DNA from: an uncultured Victivallaceae bacterium
GTDB taxonomy: Bacteria > Verrucomicrobiota > Lentisphaeria > Victivallales > GWF2-50-93
Reading direction: 5' to 3'
NCBI GenBank assembly: GCA_964636325.1
Contig: CAZWRV010000011.1
Span: 7,264 to 71,263, forward strand
DNA: 64,000 bases
The notes beneath the pieces are model-generated. The model saw only the letters and a program-made list of their open reading frames with translations, was not told the origin of the DNA and searched no databases. Both the position numbers and the translations under genes were made by a program. Each line of letters starts with the position of its first letter. Within the stretch, counting starts at the first letter, position 1. Below, piece by piece: positions 42,470 through 53,501 of the stretch.

Positions 42470-44194
42470 ATGAGAATGTCAGCGCTGGTAGGAAGAAGGA
42501 TAAAGGAGGATCCGAAGGACGCCAAGACGGCGAGCCACAGGTTCCTCGTGAGGGGCGGATATATCAGGCCGGTGTCGGCGGGAATATATTCGATATTGCC
42601 GATCGGCAAGCGGATTCTGGCGAAGATCGAAAAGATCATCCGCGAGGAGATGGATGCCATCGACGGGCAGGAGGTGCTGATGCCGGTGGTCCTGCCGAGG
42701 GAGCTGTGGGAGGAGTCAGGGAGGTACAAGTCGGTCGGCGCGGAGCTGCTGCGCTTCAAGGACCGCAACGACAAGGACATGCTGCTCGGCATGACGCACG
42801 AGGAGGCGGTCGTCCACCTGCTGCGCACCGAAGTGAACAGCTACCGTCAGCTCCCTGTCATGCTCTACCAGATCCAGACGAAATACAGGGACGAGGCGCG
42901 GCCGCGCGCCGGCCTGATACGCGTCCGTGAGTTCACGATGAAGGACGCATATTCCTTCCACTCCTCGCAGGAGTGCCTTGACAAGTATTATCTGAAGGCG
43001 CACGCCGCATACGAGAGGATTTTCAGGCGTGTCGGGTTCAAGGACGTAATTTCGATAGAGTCCAATCCGGGGATGATGGGCGGCAAGGTTTCGCACGAGT
43101 TCATGGCGATTGCTGAGTGCGGCGAGGACACTATCTTCATTTCTCCTGGCGGAGAATACAAGTCGAACCGCGAAGTCGCGGTGTCGCCCGTGCAGTTTGC
43201 GAAGGCGGAACCGCTCCCGCTGGAGAAGGTCCACACGCCCGGAAAGAAGACGATCGAGGAGGTGGCGGCCTTCCTGGGCGCGAAGCCGGAGGACACCGGC
43301 AAGGCTGTTTTCTATGTCGGCACGGACGGCGCCCTCGTCTTCGCGATGATACGCGGCGACTTCGAGGTGAACGAGTCGAAGCTGTGCAACCACCTCAGGC
43401 AGCCGGAGCTGGCGTTCGCGAACGACGCTCAAATAAAGAAATGCGGCGCGGAACCCGGCTACGCCTCCCCGATGTCGCTGGATCCGGGCAAGGTCCGGAT
43501 CGTGGTGGACAGGTCCGTGGCAGAGTCCTCCAACCTGATCGTCGGAGCAAACGAGCCCGACTACCACTACAGGAACTTCAACTTCTCCCGCGACATCCAT
43601 GGCGCGGAAGTGGTCGACATCGCCACAGTCAGGGAAGGGGACCCTTGCCCCGTGACCGGCAAGCCGCTGCTGATGAAGCGCGGAATCGAGGTGGGTAACA
43701 TCTTCAAGCTAGGCACAAAATATTCGGAATCAATGAACTGCACGTTCCTTGACCAGAACGGCAAGCCGCACCCGATGATCATGGGCTGCTACGGCATAGG
43801 CGTAGGCAGGACGATGGCCGGGGTGATCGAGCAGTCATGCGACGCATACGGCCCGATATGGCCGATGTCCATCGCGCCCTACCAGCTCCACCTCTGCGCG
43901 CTCAATCCGAACCAGGCGGATGTCGGACCGGTATCCGACAAGCTCTACGCGGAACTCTGCGCCGCCGGGATCGAAGTCCTCTACGACGACAGGGGTGAGA
44001 AGGCCGGATTCATGTTCAACGACGCCGACCTCATCGGGGTTCCGTTCCGCATCACCGTCTCGCCGAAGACACTGGCCAGCGCCCAGGTCGAGTTCAAGAT
44101 CCGCGGCACCAAGGAGAACCACTACTTCCCGCTCGCCGGACTCGCCGAGAAGATGAAGGCGATGATCGCGGAGGAGATGGGGAAATATTGTTAA
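42470..44194 (+). CDS. proS: prolyl-tRNA synthetase
   Basis: MRMSALVGRRIKEDPKDAKTASHRFLVRGGYIRPVSAGIYSILP... 574 aa, bacterial-type with an editing-domain-sized insertion. Confidence 0.9.
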   Translation: MRMSALVGRRIKEDPKDAKTASHRFLVRGGYIRPVSAGIYSILPIGKRILAKIEKIIREEMDAIDGQEVLMPVVLPRELWEESGRYKSVGAELLRFKDRNDKDMLLGMTHEEAVVHLLRTEVNSYRQLPVMLYQIQTKYRDEARPRAGLIRVREFTMKDAYSFHSSQECLDKYYLKAHAAYERIFRRVGFKDVISIESNPGMMGGKVSHEFMAIAECGEDTIFISPGGEYKSNREVAVSPVQFAKAEPLPLEKVHTPGKKTIEEVAAFLGAKPEDTGKAVFYVGTDGALVFAMIRGDFEVNESKLCNHLRQPELAFANDAQIKKCGAEPGYASPMSLDPGKVRIVVDRSVAESSNLIVGANEPDYHYRNFNFSRDIHGAEVVDIATVREGDPCPVTGKPLLMKRGIEVGNIFKLGTKYSESMNCTFLDQNGKPHPMIMGCYGIGVGRTMAGVIEQSCDAYGPIWPMSIAPYQLHLCALNPNQADVGPVSDKLYAELCAAGIEVLYDDRGEKAGFMFNDADLIGVPFRITVSPKTLASAQVEFKIRGTKENHYFPLAGLAEKMKAMIAEEMGKYC

Positions 44195-44325
44195 TGGTTA
44201 TTAGTTATTGGTTAGCCGGTTCCGCTAGTCGCGAGTCCCCGGATGGCGAACATTTTGCGACAGGGCACGGTTGGTTTCGCCAGGTTTCGGACATTATGCA
44301 ATTGACAGCGGGAGCTTGCGGCCAA

Positions 44326-44844
44326 CTATTGGCTGACAAAGATCAGCTTATCAGTGTCGAAGCCCAGCGACCTGGCCTTTTCGACTAGTTTTTTCTTGAC
44401 GCCATCGTCCATGTCAGGAGTTCTCGAAAGGAGCCAGAGGTAGGACTTGCTCGGTCCGCAGACAAGGGCATACCGATATTTCTCGCGGTCAAGCTCGGCG
44501 ACGATGTAGCTTCCGTAAAAAGGCCAGAAGAAGCTCACCTTTAGGAATCCGACATCCGGGCCCTCCACAAAGTATGCGACTCCCTTCGCCTCTTTCCACT
44601 CGTTCTGTTTTTCGGAAAATCCGCGGTTTGTGACGGAAATACCCTTGTCGTCCCTCATCGCGTATTCGGCGGTGACCTTGCAGAGGCCCCTTTCAAAACT
44701 GTGGTCGAGCCTCGCGATTTCGTGCCACTTACCGAGATATCTTTCCGCGTCGAAATCCTTCACGGGCTCAACACCCTGGGGAACTTTGACGGAACCGCAG
44801 CCGGCCATGGCTAATGCGATGCATGATAAAAGGCATGTGCGCAT
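44326..44844 (-). CDS. blc: outer-membrane lipocalin lipoprotein
   Basis: Lipobox LAMAGC. FDAERYLGKWHEIARLDHSFERG and YLWLLSRTP are lipocalin signature blocks. Confidence 0.85.
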   Translation of the reverse strand: MRTCLLSCIALAMAGCGSVKVPQGVEPVKDFDAERYLGKWHEIARLDHSFERGLCKVTAEYAMRDDKGISVTNRGFSEKQNEWKEAKGVAYFVEGPDVGFLKVSFFWPFYGSYIVAELDREKYRYALVCGPSKSYLWLLSRTPDMDDGVKKKLVEKARSLGFDTDKLIFVSQ

Positions 44845-44853
44845 GTTGGAAGT

Positions 44854-47382
44854 TCACGCCCTATGTTGGAAATATTTGCCGTCCAAACGTTTGGTGCCGG
44901 ATCGGCCGAAGCGGACATCCATGTCAAGGGCGGCGCCGGCGGTGCCCTTGATTTTAAGGCGATGCATTCCTTTAGCCAGGGGGACGGGGATGAACCACCA
45001 CGTGCTTCCCTCGCGCCTGGGCCAGTCGATATTCACGTCGCTGACACAAATGGAGGAAATCCTTGTGTCTGAAGGCATGATCTGGAGCTGGAACACGTCG
45101 TCGTCCGCGACCGTGAAGTAGCCTTCCAGCTCGAAGTCGGCGTCCTTTTCGGCGCCTGCCTTGGCGAGCCAGCCGCCTTCAATTTTATGGACGGTGGCAG
45201 GCTTGTCCTTGGCCTTTACGATGAATCCGGGCTCAAGCTTTTCCTTGAAATCCGCAAGCGGCCCGATCAGGTCGGGGGGGATGATGTCGAGCTTGATAGG
45301 CCGGCCGACTATTTTATCGTCGTTCTTTCCGCCGATGATTGCGACGGGGACGAGGGTGACCGGGCCGAGGCCTAGCCCCCTGGCGTCAATCCTGATTTTT
45401 GCAGAAGGTCCGGGCGCCGAGGCGACGATCTGCGAATTCTGGAATATCCGCAGCTGCGCGGCCTTTTCCGCCGCGACATCTATCTCGATGAAGGAGTTGA
45501 GCCTGCATTCTTTTGGAGAGGTGAGGACGGCCTTCAGTTCGTTTTTTGAGTTGGCGAAAATCATCCGGCATGATGTTTCAGCAACTACTCCGGGGACTTC
45601 GGCGAAGTCCGCAGACACCTTGACGTCATGGAATCCGTCCGCATACTTTGAGCTGTCGAGGACGAATCGTGCGTCCGCCGGCCTGGCTTCGCATGCGAGC
45701 CTGCCGTCGATGAAGAGGGAATATCGGAAAGGCTTCAGGATGCTATCCTTTATTTTCGGAGAGACGAGGACATTTCCCGAAAGGACCTTGCCTTCCTCGA
45801 CACCTTCCGCCCAGAGTTCGACCTTGCGGCCCCAGGGCCTGCAAAGGGGATCGCCCATGATCAGAAGCTGGTAGGGGCCGGTCACCGACATGTAGTATGA
45901 CTCTGCGAGGGTATACCCCTGGACATATGGCAGATAGATGAACGCGGTGGCGAACTTGGCCTGCATCGCATACGGTTCTGCCACGGTGCCCGAGGCGCCT
46001 GCCGCGCCGTTGCGGATGAATTCGGTGAGCGGGGTTTGTCCGTCGTATTCGCCCATCATGCCCCCGCAGCTTGTAAGATGGTCGCAGATTGCGCCGGGGA
46101 CGATCGTGCTTCCGGAGTTCTTCCACATGAAGTCTGCAATGCCGACGAACGCTCCGGCGACGTCGTCCTTCTTGTGCGGAAGGATGCCGTCATCCACTAC
46201 GGCGTTGACTCCTAGCTCCTTAAGCTTGTCGGCCGCCAGGTAGAAAGCCCATTCCCTGGTCGTGGAGCGTATGTCGCTGTTCTTCATGAAATAAATCGTG
46301 CCTCTGGGCGCGGTGAAATCCGCTTTCGCTGAGCGGCGGAGGGATTCGATCGACTCGGCAATGGACATCCCTCTGCCGCTGGTGCAGGCGAGCATTGTGG
46401 AGAGCATGTATGAAAGGCCCTGCTGGCTGTTTGATACGGGCATCCCGTCCGGCCCCCAGCAGATCGACGACTTGAAGGGCTGCGGCTGGGAAATGGGTAT
46501 TTTAGCCTCCTTCATCCTGGCTAGCAGCTTCTGGAAGTCCTCCCTCTCCCTGATTCCGACCAGATCCTTGTCGTTGGAGGTCTGGCTCCAGTCGATCCAG
46601 CCTGCGGCGAACGCCTTTTCCAGGAGCGCCATTGCCTGTTCGGATTTGCCCAGCCTGGCGTTGCAGCATGCGGTATTGTAGATGAGTTCGAAGTTGTTCG
46701 GATGCTTGCCGAGCAGTTCGGTCATCGCCGCGAGGGACTTCTCGAGGTTCTGCCTGGCGTCCTCAGGGCTGGCCGGGGCAGGGGAGGGGATGCCCGGAAG
46801 TCCTGCGGTCATCAGCTTGAGTGATTCCATATACTTCATCTGCTCAGCCTGTTCCCACGGAGCGTCTTCCATCCTGAGCAGTATCCGCATCGCATACATG
46901 TTTATGCTAAGGCCGTTCGGGCCGAGGTAGGCGGGATTCCTGGTCGAGACGAAATTATGCAGATATGTCAGGCCGCTCAGGGAGGCCGTCGGGGACATGA
47001 CCGGCACCGGTCTGGCACCTCCAAGATCCTGGGACGCATCAACCGAAGTCGGGAAGTCGCTTGAATATGCCACGCAGTCTATCTGCCCTTCAAGGCCGCG
47101 CTCCTTGACGGCCGCGAAAATCGAAGTCAGCACATCCTGCCTGAACGACTCGACGGTGATCCTTTCGAAAGATGGTATCCCTTCGACATAGACGACGTTG
47201 CAGGGTGGTATTGACCTGAGCGCCACGTATTCGTTCGCGACGGTCCTTGAGACCCAACTGTCGGAGTTCACGACCACCAACGTGTTTTCAGGGCCGATCC
47301 CGGAAAGCATTTCCGCGGCGGGAACGGCGCAGAGCGCCAGCGCCAGCAGCAAGGCGCTTGTCGGATTCTTGCGTTTAGGCAT
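44854..47382 (-). CDS. large secreted protein, unknown function (TIGR03790-like N-terminus?, TPR segment)
   Basis: Signal peptide. The N-terminal NTLVVVNSDSWVSRTVANEYVALRSIPPCNVVYV resembles TIGR03790 from memory. An internal TPR-like segment is present. Confidence 0.5.
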   Translation of the reverse strand: MPKRKNPTSALLLALALCAVPAAEMLSGIGPENTLVVVNSDSWVSRTVANEYVALRSIPPCNVVYVEGIPSFERITVESFRQDVLTSIFAAVKERGLEGQIDCVAYSSDFPTSVDASQDLGGARPVPVMSPTASLSGLTYLHNFVSTRNPAYLGPNGLSINMYAMRILLRMEDAPWEQAEQMKYMESLKLMTAGLPGIPSPAPASPEDARQNLEKSLAAMTELLGKHPNNFELIYNTACCNARLGKSEQAMALLEKAFAAGWIDWSQTSNDKDLVGIREREDFQKLLARMKEAKIPISQPQPFKSSICWGPDGMPVSNSQQGLSYMLSTMLACTSGRGMSIAESIESLRRSAKADFTAPRGTIYFMKNSDIRSTTREWAFYLAADKLKELGVNAVVDDGILPHKKDDVAGAFVGIADFMWKNSGSTIVPGAICDHLTSCGGMMGEYDGQTPLTEFIRNGAAGASGTVAEPYAMQAKFATAFIYLPYVQGYTLAESYYMSVTGPYQLLIMGDPLCRPWGRKVELWAEGVEEGKVLSGNVLVSPKIKDSILKPFRYSLFIDGRLACEARPADARFVLDSSKYADGFHDVKVSADFAEVPGVVAETSCRMIFANSKNELKAVLTSPKECRLNSFIEIDVAAEKAAQLRIFQNSQIVASAPGPSAKIRIDARGLGLGPVTLVPVAIIGGKNDDKIVGRPIKLDIIPPDLIGPLADFKEKLEPGFIVKAKDKPATVHKIEGGWLAKAGAEKDADFELEGYFTVADDDVFQLQIMPSDTRISSICVSDVNIDWPRREGSTWWFIPVPLAKGMHRLKIKGTAGAALDMDVRFGRSGTKRLDGKYFQHRA

Positions 47383-47552
47383 ATGGGATATCTCCTTGGA
47401 ACTTGAACTTCTTTGCCGATAACATTGTTGCGGATCTTGTCGTCTCTTGGTTCATGCCGCCTCGGGCGATGAGGTCGTGTAAAATAGTCGATTGCTCCGG
47501 GAAATCAAACGCTGCGCAGGCTTGCCCGGAGGCGATCCGTATGATATTGTAA

Positions 47553-49271
47553 ATGCCGGATATTTTCAGATTAAATTCATGGGGCCAGATGGAATTCAAC
47601 CGGCGCATACTGATTGTGGACGACGACGAATCCCTTCGATTCATCCTCTCGAAGTTCCTTTCGCATTCGGGTATGAGGAGCAAGGCCGGCGAAGTCATAT
47701 CGAGCGCCATCAGCGAGATATCAGGCCAGCCTCCGGTGGAGAAGGCCGGCCAGATCCTGGACGCGCCGTATGATGTGGATACTGCCCCGCAGGGCGAGAT
47801 CGGATACGAGAAGGTGAGGCAGGCCTTCGAAACAGGCCGCCCATACGCCCTCATGTTCGTAGACATGCGCATGCCCCCGGGCTGGGACGGTCTGAAGACG
47901 ATGGATATGGTATGGAAGGCCGACCCGAAAATACAGGTGGTCCTCCTCACCGCCTATTCCGACTATTCGTGGCAGCAGATGGTCGGCACCATAGGCAAGA
48001 GGGACAACTTCATCATCCTCAAGAAGCCTTTCGACATCGCCGAGATATCCCAGGTGGCCCTGGCGCTGACCCAGAAATACAACCTCGAGCGCGAGACCGA
48101 GGAGAGGATGGCCAAGCTGAGGCTCGCGGAAGAGGAGCTGAGGCTCGCCCAGGCTCACCTGGAGAACATCTTCCAGGCCATACCCTCCATGCTCCTCTCC
48201 GTCACCTCCGACGGGATCGTCCGCCATTTCAACTCTTCGGCGGGAAGCTTCATCCGGAAGCTTAACCCTGGCCGCGCCGCCGCCGGCTCGAAGTTCTGGG
48301 AGCTGATACCGGTTCTCGGCGGCGAATTCAGGAGCGACTTCGAGTCAATACTCCGCCCGCACCTTTACCACAAGGTCAGGCGCATAGAGACTGAGGGTTC
48401 CGAAAACAAGTTCCTGGACGTCTCCATGTTCCCGCTTTCTTCCGACGGGGCGGGGGACGGTATCGTCATAAGGATAGACGACGTCACCGAGGCAGTGAGG
48501 AAGGACGAGCATATCCGCCAGATGCAGAAGATGGAGACCGTCGGCAACCTCGCCATCGGAATCGCCCACGACTTCAAGAACGTCATAGGCGCCATCAGAA
48601 GCACCACCGACTCCATAAACTACTCACTTGAAAACACGACCCAGGGCAAGCAGCTCGCCCCCGTCATCAAGAGCGACCTCGAAATCATCGAGGAGTCCGT
48701 GCTCCGCGGCCAGGACATGATCAAGCAGCTCATGTCCATATCCAACCACCAGGAGCTGCCCATGACAGACTCCGACCTCAACGTCCTCGCCCAGAACGTC
48801 CTCAGGATTTGCCGCAACATCTTCCCGGAATCGATAGAGTTCAAGACCAAGTACTACGAGACCCCGGCGGTCGCAAGAGTCTATCCGGTCCAGATCGAAC
48901 AGGTCCTCCTCAACCTCTGCGTCAACGCCTGCCATGCGATGACCACGATGCGCCCACCGGAGGAATGGCAGGGCGGCTCCCTGATACTGACGGTGGACAA
49001 GATCTACGTCGGCGAGAACATGGTCGAATACATCCCCGAGGCGAGCATAGGCTACTACTGGATACTCAGGGTGGGGGACACAGGAGTCGGAATGGACAAG
49101 GAGACACTGAAGAAGATATACGACCCCTTCTTTACCACCAAGAAGGAGGGCAGCGGCCTCGGCCTCACAATGGTCTACAACATTATCAAGCAGCACCGCG
49201 GCTTCATCGACGTCTTTTCGGAGCCCGGAAACGGAACCACCTTTTTCATCTTTATACCGTCGCCCAGTTGA
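47553..49271 (+). CDS. receiver-PAS-histidine kinase (cytoplasmic hybrid)
   Basis: REC (ILIVDDDESLRF...FVDMRMPPGWDGL...LLTAYSDYSW), PAS-like region, H-box IAHDFKNVIGAI, ATPase boxes GDTGVGM and GSGLGL. Confidence 0.8.
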   Translation: MPDIFRLNSWGQMEFNRRILIVDDDESLRFILSKFLSHSGMRSKAGEVISSAISEISGQPPVEKAGQILDAPYDVDTAPQGEIGYEKVRQAFETGRPYALMFVDMRMPPGWDGLKTMDMVWKADPKIQVVLLTAYSDYSWQQMVGTIGKRDNFIILKKPFDIAEISQVALALTQKYNLERETEERMAKLRLAEEELRLAQAHLENIFQAIPSMLLSVTSDGIVRHFNSSAGSFIRKLNPGRAAAGSKFWELIPVLGGEFRSDFESILRPHLYHKVRRIETEGSENKFLDVSMFPLSSDGAGDGIVIRIDDVTEAVRKDEHIRQMQKMETVGNLAIGIAHDFKNVIGAIRSTTDSINYSLENTTQGKQLAPVIKSDLEIIEESVLRGQDMIKQLMSISNHQELPMTDSDLNVLAQNVLRICRNIFPESIEFKTKYYETPAVARVYPVQIEQVLLNLCVNACHAMTTMRPPEEWQGGSLILTVDKIYVGENMVEYIPEASIGYYWILRVGDTGVGMDKETLKKIYDPFFTTKKEGSGLGLTMVYNIIKQHRGFIDVFSEPGNGTTFFIFIPSPS

Positions 49272-49372
49272 AAGGGCAACGTCCGGAACTATCTTATTCA
49301 ACAAAGAATTTAGACGGAGCACACCACGCCGTTTTGCCGGATTCATACCGATAGGACAGGCAGCGAGGGCCG

Positions 49373-51514
49373 ATGATTGACGCAGTCAGGAAGCTTCCAC
49401 TCCTCTACAGGACATACGCCATGCTGGGCATCATGTTCCTCTGCGTCATTGTCCTCAACATATTCGCGTATTTCTCCATAATGCACATCGGCGAAATATA
49501 CGCCTCATGGTCAAACGCCGCCGTGAACCTCAAGCTGAAGGTGATGGCCGCGGACATCACCCTAAGGGCACTCGTCACAGGAAGCACCGTCAAGGACATG
49601 AACGGGGTATGGGATCCGCTGGACCAGGCCGAGTCAATAGCGAAATCTTCCCTGAAGCTCGCTGACGATTCGCCGCTCCTTTCGAGCATGAAGGACTACA
49701 GGCAGTTTCTCGTCGACATCTTCGTCGTCCCCGAGGGCCAGGAGCCGAAGCCGATACCACAGGACTTCTTCACCACCTACACAGGCAAGTTCGACGCCCT
49801 TATCGGGAACATCGAGACATTCAAGTCGCTGATGGACAAATCGATCTCCGGGCGCCTGCGGATATTCAAGGTCATCTATGTTTTCATCATGGTGAACATC
49901 TTGCTGCTTTTCGTGATCGTCGTATTCTCTGTAGGCAAGCACACCAGGATGTGCGAGATTGTCCAGAACGAGCTGGCCGACACCAAGAACAACCTCGACA
50001 TCATACTCAACTCAACCGACTCGCTCCTTGTCACCGTCGACAAGGAGATGACGATCACCCACCTCAACAACGCTGCGTCAAGGTATCTCGGCGCCGATCC
50101 GGCACAGTCCGTAGGCCGTAAGCTCGCCCAGACGGCTCCCATGCTCGAAGGCTACCTGCCGGAGATATCGAAGGTTTTCTATTCCGGAAAGCCGGCCGAA
50201 TTCTACCGGGAGAAGATACTTTTCTGCGACGGCACCGAAAGGTTCTACAACATCACCGCCAACCAGCTCCTCCACGGCGCCGGTGGAGTCGTCATACGCA
50301 TAGAGGACATCACGGCGCCCGAAGTCCGCGAGGAGCAGATCAGGCAGTCCCAGAAGATGGAGGTCGTCGAAAACATCATCGAAAGCCTCACCAACGACTT
50401 CAACAACGTCCTCGGCGCCATAAACGCTTCCGTATCCATGCTCAAGTTCACCTCCGAAAAGGGGCCGGTCCAGCCGTCCGACCTGAAGAACAGCATAGAG
50501 ATAATAGAGAACTCCATAGAGCGCGCAGTCGTCATGGTCCGCCAGCTCACGTCCATCTCGAAGAGACAGGAACTCACCCTTTCGCCCGTCGACCTCAACA
50601 TCTCCGTCAGCCATGTCATCAAGATATGTGAAAAGTCCTTCGACAAGCGGATATCCCTCAAGACCGCCTTCGCCGCCTTGAGGGCCATGGTCAAGGGCGA
50701 CCCCGCCCTCATCGAGACGGTCATACTCAACCTCTGCGAGAACGCCGCCCACGCAATGACCATAATGAAGGGTGCAAGCCAGCAGTGGGGCGGCGAACTG
50801 AGAATTTCCGTCACTTATGTCCTGCCGGACTCCAACTTCAGGGCCATGCACCCGAACGCCACTAAGAAGTCATACTGGGCTATCAGCGTCTCCGACACTG
50901 GTGTCGGGATAGACCGCGAAGTCATGCCTCACATCTTCGACCCCTTCTACTCCACCAAGGGCAAGAACCGGGGCATGGGGCTCGGGCTCTCAACGATAAG
51001 GGAAATAGTGGGGCAGCACAGCGGATTCATAGACATAGCCTCAGTCCCCGGCGAAGGCACGACCGCCACCGTCTATATTCCCGAAATAGAGGAACAGATT
51101 TCCAAAGTCCTCAAGTTCCAGGTCGAGGCCGAAGTCCCTATCCCCACAGGCGCAGGACTGATACTGGTAGTCGACGACGAAGGCATAATGCGCAAGACCG
51201 CCCACAGCATCCTCACCAAGCTCGGCTACGAAGTCATCTTCGCCGAGAACGGCATCCAGGCCATCGACACCTACAGCCGCAGAGGCAAGGACATCAGCAT
51301 GGTCATGCTCGACCTCTCCATGCCAAAGATGGACGGCAAGGAAACCTTCGTCGAACTCAAGAAGATCAATCCGCTCATAAAGGCCATAATCGTCTCGGGC
51401 ATGGAGACCGACAAGCGAATCAACGAGATGATCGCCATGGGCGCGAAGAGCTATGTCCCCAAGCCGTATTCGATGATTTCACTGGCGCAGGCGGTGAAGA
51501 AGGTCATCGGATGA
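49373..51514 (+). CDS. membrane sensor hybrid histidine kinase with C-terminal receiver
   Basis: Two TM segments, PAS-like region, an H-box-like TNDFNNVLGAI, ATPase boxes DTGVGI and GMGLGL, REC (LVVDDEGIMR...DLSMPKMDG). Confidence 0.8.
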   Translation: MIDAVRKLPLLYRTYAMLGIMFLCVIVLNIFAYFSIMHIGEIYASWSNAAVNLKLKVMAADITLRALVTGSTVKDMNGVWDPLDQAESIAKSSLKLADDSPLLSSMKDYRQFLVDIFVVPEGQEPKPIPQDFFTTYTGKFDALIGNIETFKSLMDKSISGRLRIFKVIYVFIMVNILLLFVIVVFSVGKHTRMCEIVQNELADTKNNLDIILNSTDSLLVTVDKEMTITHLNNAASRYLGADPAQSVGRKLAQTAPMLEGYLPEISKVFYSGKPAEFYREKILFCDGTERFYNITANQLLHGAGGVVIRIEDITAPEVREEQIRQSQKMEVVENIIESLTNDFNNVLGAINASVSMLKFTSEKGPVQPSDLKNSIEIIENSIERAVVMVRQLTSISKRQELTLSPVDLNISVSHVIKICEKSFDKRISLKTAFAALRAMVKGDPALIETVILNLCENAAHAMTIMKGASQQWGGELRISVTYVLPDSNFRAMHPNATKKSYWAISVSDTGVGIDREVMPHIFDPFYSTKGKNRGMGLGLSTIREIVGQHSGFIDIASVPGEGTTATVYIPEIEEQISKVLKFQVEAEVPIPTGAGLILVVDDEGIMRKTAHSILTKLGYEVIFAENGIQAIDTYSRRGKDISMVMLDLSMPKMDGKETFVELKKINPLIKAIIVSGMETDKRINEMIAMGAKSYVPKPYSMISLAQAVKKVIG

Positions 51515-52020
51515 CGGCGATATCCTCAACTTCCATATCCCTTGACCTCCATGAGCTGTCCGGAAACTTCATAGGTTAGGAAGCAGTGGACAAGCCCCCT
51601 TGCGGAGTCGGCAGTTCCGTCTCGACAAGACCGGGCCCGATGCCCCCAGAATGATTTTTTAATGGTATCTATTTTTTTGATTTTTTCATCGCGCTGAAAA
51701 ATGGATGCTTAATCATCCGGAAATCAAGCGGGAGGGGCAGTTACACAGTCTCATCCCTGAAAATCCCATGTTTCCCCGGCATTTCCCTTTGCTGATTGGG
51801 TTTTCCCCTCCGGGCCCGCCGCGGCGGGTGCAGGAAGAGGTTTTTCTGCAAAGTTCTGCCCGGTTTTACCCGCTCCCATCCTTGAAATCCCGTCCTGACT
51901 TGCTACCTTCAACCTATGGTTAAAATCAAAATTCCTAACAGTCAGTAACCTATTGGGGATTTGGTCACTTGGAATTTAAATATCCACAAGGACATATGCT
52001 GTAACTCTTGCAAGGGGCTA

Positions 52021-52581
52021 ATGAGGGTAAGGACATACGGCGATCCGGCGCTTGCGCGCAAAGCGTTGCCTGTCAGGGCGATGGACAAGGCAGTCCTTCG
52101 CCTCGCCGGATCGCTGGTGGAGATGATGCACGAGCACGACGGGATCGGCCTTGCCGCGACGCAGCTGGGGAAGGAACTGCGGATGGTTGCGCTCAACGTC
52201 CCCCAGCCCAGGAGGCAGGACGGCTCGCTCGCCCATCCGCTTTCGCCCGGGGAGATCGAGCTTCTTCCACTCATGCCTCTGGTTCTGGTGAACCCTGAAA
52301 TAGTCTCGTTTTCGCCGTTCGAAGGAGTCCGCGAGGAGGGTTGCCTCAGCGTACCGAAGATATACGCCCCGGTCTCGCGGCCTGTGTCGGTAATACTCAG
52401 GGCACGCGTCTGCGAAGGCGCCGAGATCATGCTGGAATGCGCCGGACTTCTCGGAAGGGCAGTCCAGCACGAGATAGACCATCTCGACGGGATTCTTTTC
52501 GTCCAGAGGGTCGTGCCGGATGAGCTGGAGAAGATCAGCAAGGAACTTGAAAAGCTCGCCAAGGGTAAGGGAGGGAACTGA
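52021..52581 (+). CDS. def: peptide deformylase
   Basis: GIGLAATQLG, EGCLSVP and HEIDHLDG motifs. Start moved to Met21 (MRVRTYGDP) of ORF 51961..52581. Confidence 0.9.
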   Translation: MRVRTYGDPALARKALPVRAMDKAVLRLAGSLVEMMHEHDGIGLAATQLGKELRMVALNVPQPRRQDGSLAHPLSPGEIELLPLMPLVLVNPEIVSFSPFEGVREEGCLSVPKIYAPVSRPVSVILRARVCEGAEIMLECAGLLGRAVQHEIDHLDGILFVQRVVPDELEKISKELEKLAKGKGGN

Positions 52582-53501
52582 TGGACGCTCTCCCGAAGAA
52601 ATCGTTCCTGTGGGCGGCGTTCGGCGTCTGCAAGGGGACTGATGCGTTCGTCGAGATCGCCATGTTCCCCACGATTAAGACAGCCTTCCATTTCATACTA
52701 TTCGCCTGCATCGCGTCTGTAATTTCGGCCGGACTCAGGACTTCCTTAACATACGCAGGGACCATCGGGAGATTCTGCGCCGCGTTCGAGGGGCAGTTCG
52801 GACATGTTTCAAATTCAGGGGCGAAAGGTGTTCTGCCTTCCCTTAGCCCGGAGACTTCGCGCTCGATGGTGGTCGACAATATCAGGGTGGACTACATTTC
52901 CGGGGAGGGGAAGGGGCCAGGCTTCAGGCCTGACGACGGGATTTCGAACTGCGGACTGCTATGGATGCCGAAGTCCATGGTCTTCTGGGGAAGGAACGGG
53001 CCGAAGTTCCGCTTCTTCTCGCTGGCCGACCTTTCACCGAGCCGGAACAAGATATCGACTGGTACCGCGGATCAGGTGCTGGCCTACGCACAGGCGACGC
53101 CGCTGCCGGCCGACCTTGCCTCGCAGATCCCTTCAGCAAGCCTCATCACGCTGAAGAACGCCCTGATCGTATCGGCCTTCCTGCTCAGCGGCGCCAACGT
53201 CTTCCTTGTGACAGTCCTGTTCATCCCGCTTTTCGCGCTTTTCTCCACGTTCTTCTTTTCGGCATCTGCCACCGGCATGATCATTCCGATGAGGTTCAGG
53301 AACATCCTGAACGTGGCAATATATTCAAGCTTCCCCGGCATACTGATCGCGTCGCTGTTCCATGGCTTCGACATCCCGTACGTTGAATACCAGACAATGT
53401 GCGTAATCTGCTTCCTGATATATTTCACAGTAGTGCTCAACAATCTGCAGAGGAAGGCTAGGCCTTCGTCCAGCGAGGAGTCCGACTATGACGATTTCTG
53501 A
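52581..53501 (+). CDS. polytopic membrane protein, unknown function
   Basis: 306 aa with several hydrophobic helices. The start overlaps the def stop (TGATG). Confidence 0.55.
   Translation: MDALPKKSFLWAAFGVCKGTDAFVEIAMFPTIKTAFHFILFACIASVISAGLRTSLTYAGTIGRFCAAFEGQFGHVSNSGAKGVLPSLSPETSRSMVVDNIRVDYISGEGKGPGFRPDDGISNCGLLWMPKSMVFWGRNGPKFRFFSLADLSPSRNKISTGTADQVLAYAQATPLPADLASQIPSASLITLKNALIVSAFLLSGANVFLVTVLFIPLFALFSTFFFSASATGMIIPMRFRNILNVAIYSSFPGILIASLFHGFDIPYVEYQTMCVICFLIYFTVVLNNLQRKARPSSSEESDYDDF

Noticed and set aside
51558-51586. gtccggaa ... ggaagcag, reminiscent of the SRP (4.5S) RNA domain IV motif GUCCGGAAGGAAGCAGC
   Set aside because: The two halves are separated by a 13-nt insertion. 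The flanks do not form the long SRP Alu/S-domain helix, so this is probably chance.
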